Shown: one piece after another, positions 59,325-64,000 of the stretch | Layout: each line of letters opens with the position of its first letter | How positions within the stretch are numbered: the stretch's first letter is position 1 | From: Vulcanisaeta sp. | GTDB lineage: Archaea > Thermoproteota > Thermoprotei > Thermoproteales > Thermocladiaceae | Assembly (NCBI GenBank): GCA_023256215.1 | Contig: JAGDXB010000121.1 | Span: forward strand, 896 to 64,895 | Direction: 5' to 3' | DNA: 64,000 bases | Made by a program: the position numbers and the translations under genes | Notes under the pieces: generated by a model | Databases searched by the model: none | What the model saw: the letters and a program-made list of their open reading frames with translations, nothing else | What the model was told of the DNA's origin: nothing

Positions 59325-59989
59325 CTCCTGTTTACAACCTCAACATTGCTCTTTAGCATTTGGGATAGAAAGCCTGTGTAATACTCAATCATTAATTCCT
59401 CGATTATATGCTTATCATTTAATTCCGTACACGACCTTATGGAGACAATGCCATTCCTCTCTATCAGAGTTATCTTCCCCAATCCCCTAAACTGCCCCAT
59501 CTTGATTAACTCGCTCAGGTTACTATTACGTAGTGCAGACGCATCGTAAGCGCCCAAATCCCTTATAATCCTCTTAAAATCTGGATTTGTAAGCAGATCC
59601 TTGATTCTCTCGAGTTCAAGTATCAAAACCTGCTTATCCTTGAATGTCGGCATTATCATTGACGGTATCATAAAGACCTCCTTCTCAACAACCCTATACC
59701 TAACCCACTCAACGAACGAGAATTTCCTAAGCTCCTTCTCAAGATCATTGAGTGCTACGTCGGTATTCGTTAAATCCACAACAAAATGAAGCAATAACTG
59801 GCTCCTATTCACGGATATATTCAAAATATTTATTCCATGATCAGCAAAAACATTTGACAATGCGGCCAGGATACCGGGCCTATCCGCAGTAAACTTAATC
59901 AGGAATTCGCCAAGCACCTTATCCCTACCCTCAAACGCCAGTGCCAAGTCCCTATACAATGCCTCCACAAGCCAACCCCAAAAAATCAT
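59279..59989 (-). CDS. ACT-domain protein (possible V4R-like C-terminus)
   Basis: DRPGILA.LSNVFA.HGINIL ACT signature. Confidence 0.8.
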   Translation of the reverse strand: MIFWGWLVEALYRDLALAFEGRDKVLGEFLIKFTADRPGILAALSNVFADHGINILNISVNRSQLLLHFVVDLTNTDVALNDLEKELRKFSFVEWVRYRVVEKEVFMIPSMIMPTFKDKQVLILELERIKDLLTNPDFKRIIRDLGAYDASALRNSNLSELIKMGQFRGLGKITLIERNGIVSIRSCTELNDKHIIEELMIEYYTGFLSQMLKSNVEVVNRSYDGDCVSISFKVLK

Positions 59990-60124
59990 GGCTTAAAAAC
60001 TTAATTGCTTCATAATTTTCCATTAATACTCACCATAGCTAATCAATATTGATAATATCGGCGGATCTCTATAGTTATCTTTTAAAGGGGGTCTCTATGG
60101 AACTAGAATGGGACCTTTATTGGT

Positions 60125-62560
60125 ATGGAGTTTAGACCCAAGCTACAGGAGAAGAGATGGGACATATCAAAAGAACTTGAGTTGCTAAAGAAGTGGGAGG
60201 AGGAGGGCTTATTCGATATTAAGATTGATGATAAGAAACCAACACTCGTTATTGACACACCACCACCATACCCATCAGGCAGACCGCACATAGGTGGGAT
60301 AGCCCATTATGCCCAGATAGATATGGTGGCTAGGTTCTTCAGGATGAGGGGTTATAACGTAGTATTCCCATTCTATGCCGATAGGAATGGGTTACCTGTT
60401 GAGGTTCAGGTTGAGAAGACCTATGGAATAAACATGTATGAAGTACCTAGGGAGCAATTCCTTGAGTTATGTAGGAGGTTCCTTGATGAATATGAGGGTG
60501 AGTTCGTAACAATATATAGGCGTTGGGGAGGTTCGTTCAGTTATTGGAGGAATGGGACTGACAGTGAGGAGTATAGGAGGGTTACTCAAGAAACGTTCAT
60601 CAATCTATGGAATAGGGGGTTGATTTATGAGGCAAGTAGACCAACGCTTTGGTGTCCCAGGTGCAGAACGGCACTTGCGGAGGCTGAGGTTGAGTATACG
60701 GAGGAGGACTCGTACCTAAATTACATTAAGTTTAAGGTTAAGGAAACTGGTGAGGACATAATAATAGCCACAACGAGGCCCGAGCTACTACCTGCAACCG
60801 TTGCCGTGGCATTTAACCCAAACGATGATAGGTATAAGAGGCTTGAGGGTCTTCATGCAATTGTACCACCGCTAAATCAGGAAGTGCCCATAGTCTCGCA
60901 CGCGTCTGTAAAGCCTGACTTTGGTACTGGGCTTGAGATGATAAGTACCTTTGGCGATACCAGGGATTTGATGGTTGTTAATGAGTTGAAGTTGCCCATG
61001 AGGATTGTCGTTAATTCAGACGGTACATTGAATGAGTTGGCTGGTAAGTATAAGGGGTTGAATGTTAGGGAGGCTAGGGATGTTATTATCAGGGATTTGC
61101 AGGAGATGGGATTGCTAGTTAAGAGGGAGCCTCTTAGGCACACAATACCAATTTGCTGGAGGTGTAAGACACCGATAGAGATAATCGTGACTAAGGAGTA
61201 CTTCCTCAAGCAATTACCGTTCAAGGAGGAACTGATAAATATGGTGCAGAAGGACATGGTAATAAGACCACCGGAATATGCACAGACACTTATTGATTGG
61301 ATAAGATCGCTCGAGTTTGATTGGCCAATATCTAGGCGTAGGTACTACGGGACAGAAATACCCATCTGGTACTGCGTTGATGAGGAGGGTAACGCCAAAC
61401 CAGTAGTTCCAAAGCCAGGTAAGTACTATAGGCCATGGAAGGATGAGCCACCACCCGAGGTTAAGGAGCAGTGCCCCAACGGTAAATTAATTGGTGAGGA
61501 TAGGGTGTTAGACACCTGGTTTGATTCCTCAATATCCTGGATATACGCGACAGGCTATACAAAGCCCAACATAAGGGTATTCGAGAAGGTTTATCCACAT
61601 AGCGTGCTTAGGCCTCAGGGCTATGATATAATCAGGACGTGGCTCTACTACTCAGTGGTCAGGGCGTACCTACTTTATGGGAAGCCGCCATTTAAGTACG
61701 TTAGAATAAGTGGGATGGGGCTTGACGAGAAAGGTGAGGCTATGCATAAGTCCAAGGGCAACATAATAGACCCAATACCGCCCGTCGAGAAGTACGGCGC
61801 TGATGCCGCCAGGTTCTGGGCCGCGGCATCCGCTAAGCTAGGTAGTGATTATAGGTATAGCGAACAGTTAATAAGGACCGGCCATGATTTCGCCGTGAAA
61901 CTATGGAATATCGCGAGGTTCGTATCATCATTCCCAGAGGTTAATGACGACTATGAATTAACACCGCTCGATTTAATGATACTGGCTAAACTTAATGACG
62001 TCGTTAGGGCATCAATCAAGGCTTACAGTGAGTTCGATGTTTATGTACCAATAAATGCGTTGTATGACTTTACGTGGCACGTATTTGCGGATCATTACCT
62101 AGAGGCTGTTAAGTCAAGGGCGTATAATAGGGAGGGATTATTCAGTGAAAGGCAGCAAAGGGGTGCTTGGTTCACGCTCTATAGGGTTCTAAAGACCGTG
62201 CTTAAGCTTCTAGCCCCAATAATGCCCTTCGTGACCGACCAAATATGGAGGAGCCTGTATGGGGAGACAATACATAGGCAGTTAATTGAGGATCCTGATC
62301 CGAGGTTCGATAATGAGGAGTACTTGAAGATGCTTGAACCATTTATGGAGTTCAACGGGGCCATATGGACCTATAAGAATAAGACGGGGCTCAGCCTAAA
62401 TGAGCCTATTAATGGTGTGGTTTACGCACCCGACATACTCAAGCCTCTGGAGATTGAGTTGAGGGCTATGCATAAGATTAAGGAGATACGCTTTGGAAAG
62501 CCTGAGGGTAATTACGAGGTACTTGATGATAAGCTTGGAATCTACCTTATTAAGTATTAA
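60125..62560 (+). CDS. valS: Valine--tRNA ligase
   Basis: DTPPPYPSG.PHIGG, TTRPE, W.ISRR, DTWFDS, MHKSKGN. Confidence 0.96.
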   Translation: MEFRPKLQEKRWDISKELELLKKWEEEGLFDIKIDDKKPTLVIDTPPPYPSGRPHIGGIAHYAQIDMVARFFRMRGYNVVFPFYADRNGLPVEVQVEKTYGINMYEVPREQFLELCRRFLDEYEGEFVTIYRRWGGSFSYWRNGTDSEEYRRVTQETFINLWNRGLIYEASRPTLWCPRCRTALAEAEVEYTEEDSYLNYIKFKVKETGEDIIIATTRPELLPATVAVAFNPNDDRYKRLEGLHAIVPPLNQEVPIVSHASVKPDFGTGLEMISTFGDTRDLMVVNELKLPMRIVVNSDGTLNELAGKYKGLNVREARDVIIRDLQEMGLLVKREPLRHTIPICWRCKTPIEIIVTKEYFLKQLPFKEELINMVQKDMVIRPPEYAQTLIDWIRSLEFDWPISRRRYYGTEIPIWYCVDEEGNAKPVVPKPGKYYRPWKDEPPPEVKEQCPNGKLIGEDRVLDTWFDSSISWIYATGYTKPNIRVFEKVYPHSVLRPQGYDIIRTWLYYSVVRAYLLYGKPPFKYVRISGMGLDEKGEAMHKSKGNIIDPIPPVEKYGADAARFWAAASAKLGSDYRYSEQLIRTGHDFAVKLWNIARFVSSFPEVNDDYELTPLDLMILAKLNDVVRASIKAYSEFDVYVPINALYDFTWHVFADHYLEAVKSRAYNREGLFSERQQRGAWFTLYRVLKTVLKLLAPIMPFVTDQIWRSLYGETIHRQLIEDPDPRFDNEEYLKMLEPFMEFNGAIWTYKNKTGLSLNEPINGVVYAPDILKPLEIELRAMHKIKEIRFGKPEGNYEVLDDKLGIYLIKY

Positions 62561-63693
62561 ATATAGTTGGCTCCTCTCATTATTAGGAATATCGCACCAA
62601 TAATTATTGGAATTATTGCTATCACACCTATCAATAGTAGTGTTACTGAGAAATTGTAATATTGAAGTAAGAAGCCAATTAGGTAAGGCGATATGGAGCC
62701 ACCCAGTTGGCTCATGAAATTAAGAAAACCACTTGCGGCGCCCACATTCTTTGTAAACTTAGATATGGCTATTGAGGGCGCAGCATAGAAGCCATAGAGG
62801 AAGCCCAACATAAGCATTGCAAAGGCCATTAAGTAAAATATTGATAACCTAGGTATTACTGCCACAATAATGGCTAGAAATAGTGATGATAATATACTTG
62901 GTAAGGCATAACCCACCCTATCTCCCATGTATCCACCAATTACTGCCCCTATGGAGCCCATTATGGATGATAGAAATGCGTAAAACCCACTGTATGAAGG
63001 AGATACTTTGAGTACGTGTACGACGTAGTACGTGGACCAACCAAGAAAGCCAAGGTAAGAGAAGCCTGATGAAAACCTGATGAAACCCATGCCCAATACC
63101 CTAATATTCTCAGGGCCAATCACAATACTACTATTACCAGTCCTACCACGCTTAGGCACCTTCATTATCGGTACTGCGGATAGAAATACTAAGGTCGAGA
63201 ACAGCACAAATGGTAAACACCTATTTATTGAGAATAGGTATGGCGACAGAATTATGGATATTGATGACGCCAAGAAAAACATGCTCTGATAAATACCAGC
63301 ACCAAGTCCACCTCTACCGTAATTGATGAGCACCATGCTCACTAACGCAACGTAGGTTATTGCCAAGAGGGATCCCATTATGAATTGTATAATTAACAAT
63401 ATGTAGTATTGAGTAATTATGATTGGGTACACAATGTTGAGTATGGCTATGAGTATTAGGACAAAAATAACGACGTTGTATCCATACCTATCAACAATGA
63501 CCCCACCAACTATTTGAAAAATTGTATAACCTACCCAAAGTAATGATATTATTAAGCCACCCATCGCGGTGGTTATACCGTTCTCCCTGACCATGTACGG
63601 TAGCAATGAAGGGATTGAGAACCTAACTAAAACAACAGAGAAGAAGGCGAGGGAAGCTATTAATACCGTAATGATGCCCCTGTCTTTATTCAC
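62557..63693 (-). CDS. MFS transporter
   Basis: About 12 TMs; G...DRYG and G...DRVG motif A repeats. Confidence 0.9.
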   Translation of the reverse strand: MNKDRGIITVLIASLAFFSVVLVRFSIPSLLPYMVRENGITTAMGGLIISLLWVGYTIFQIVGGVIVDRYGYNVVIFVLILIAILNIVYPIIITQYYILLIIQFIMGSLLAITYVALVSMVLINYGRGGLGAGIYQSMFFLASSISIILSPYLFSINRCLPFVLFSTLVFLSAVPIMKVPKRGRTGNSSIVIGPENIRVLGMGFIRFSSGFSYLGFLGWSTYYVVHVLKVSPSYSGFYAFLSSIMGSIGAVIGGYMGDRVGYALPSILSSLFLAIIVAVIPRLSIFYLMAFAMLMLGFLYGFYAAPSIAISKFTKNVGAASGFLNFMSQLGGSISPYLIGFLLQYYNFSVTLLLIGVIAIIPIIIGAIFLIMRGANYI

Positions 63694-63748
63694 GTGTTTT
63701 TAAATCCACAGAAGGGTTAATAAATACTTAATTTGACCACGCCATGCT

Positions 63749-64000
63749 ATGGCAGAGGTATACCTTGTCTATAGGATAACGCCCAGTAAATCGGATATTA
63801 ATTACGACGAGTTAAAGAACACGATAAAGAAGTCCCTAGAGCCCAAGTATAGGGTTGATAAGGTTGAGGAGGAGGACATAGGCTTCGGTATAAAGGCACT
63901 TAGAGTCTACATAAGAATGCCTGAGGAGTCTGAGGAGCACTCTAGCGATGAGGTTGAGAACATACTAAGTGGTATTGAGGGCGTTGGTAGTATTGAGCTT
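63749..64000 (+). CDS. ef1b: Elongation factor 1-beta (3' truncated by window edge; not in ORF track)
   Basis: Translates [12 protein letters not shown]...[11 protein letters not shown]...DEVE..L..IEGV..IE. Confidence 0.9.
   Translation, partial: MAEVYLVYRITPSKSDINYDELKNTIKKSLEPKYRVDKVEEEDIGFGIKALRVYIRMPEESEEHSSDEVENILSGIEGVGSIEL

Overview
Core chromosomal DNA of a hyperthermophilic crenarchaeon. The order Thermoproteales, probably Vulcanisaeta-like, is inferred from gene content, heavy AGG use, very short intergenic spacers, and TATA boxes about 25-30 nt upstream of start codons (leaderless style). The window holds about 65 genes. Translation and secretion: L31e, L10e, P0-L1-L11-spt5-secE-ftsY-pfdA-LX, alaS, valS, EF-1beta, NAC, aMBF1-hflX-TFE and tRNA-Arg(CCG). 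Also present are cdc6/orc1, several tRNA-modification genes, an MNT-HEPN pair, a cobalamin uptake/adenosylation/methylmalonyl-CoA mutase cluster with a MeaB-epimerase fusion, and a solo ATP synthase B subunit. I saw no CRISPR array, rRNA, transposase or integrase. The most unusual items are: (1) a polytopic-membrane, double-ring Cdc48-like AAA ATPase; (2) next to it, a translationally coupled, CRISPR-less pair of Cas4-like Fe-S proteins, one intact and one catalytically dead with a C-terminal zinc finger; (3) a circularly permuted DsbA-like thioredoxin; (4) a CoA-disulfide reductase gene broken by a short patch that reads like dihydrolipoamide dehydrogenase; (5) a beta-CASP nuclease ending in a PCNA PIP box; (6) an unlisted 25-30 aa Glu/Trp micropeptide. 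All calls rest on motif recognition by eye; no searches were run.
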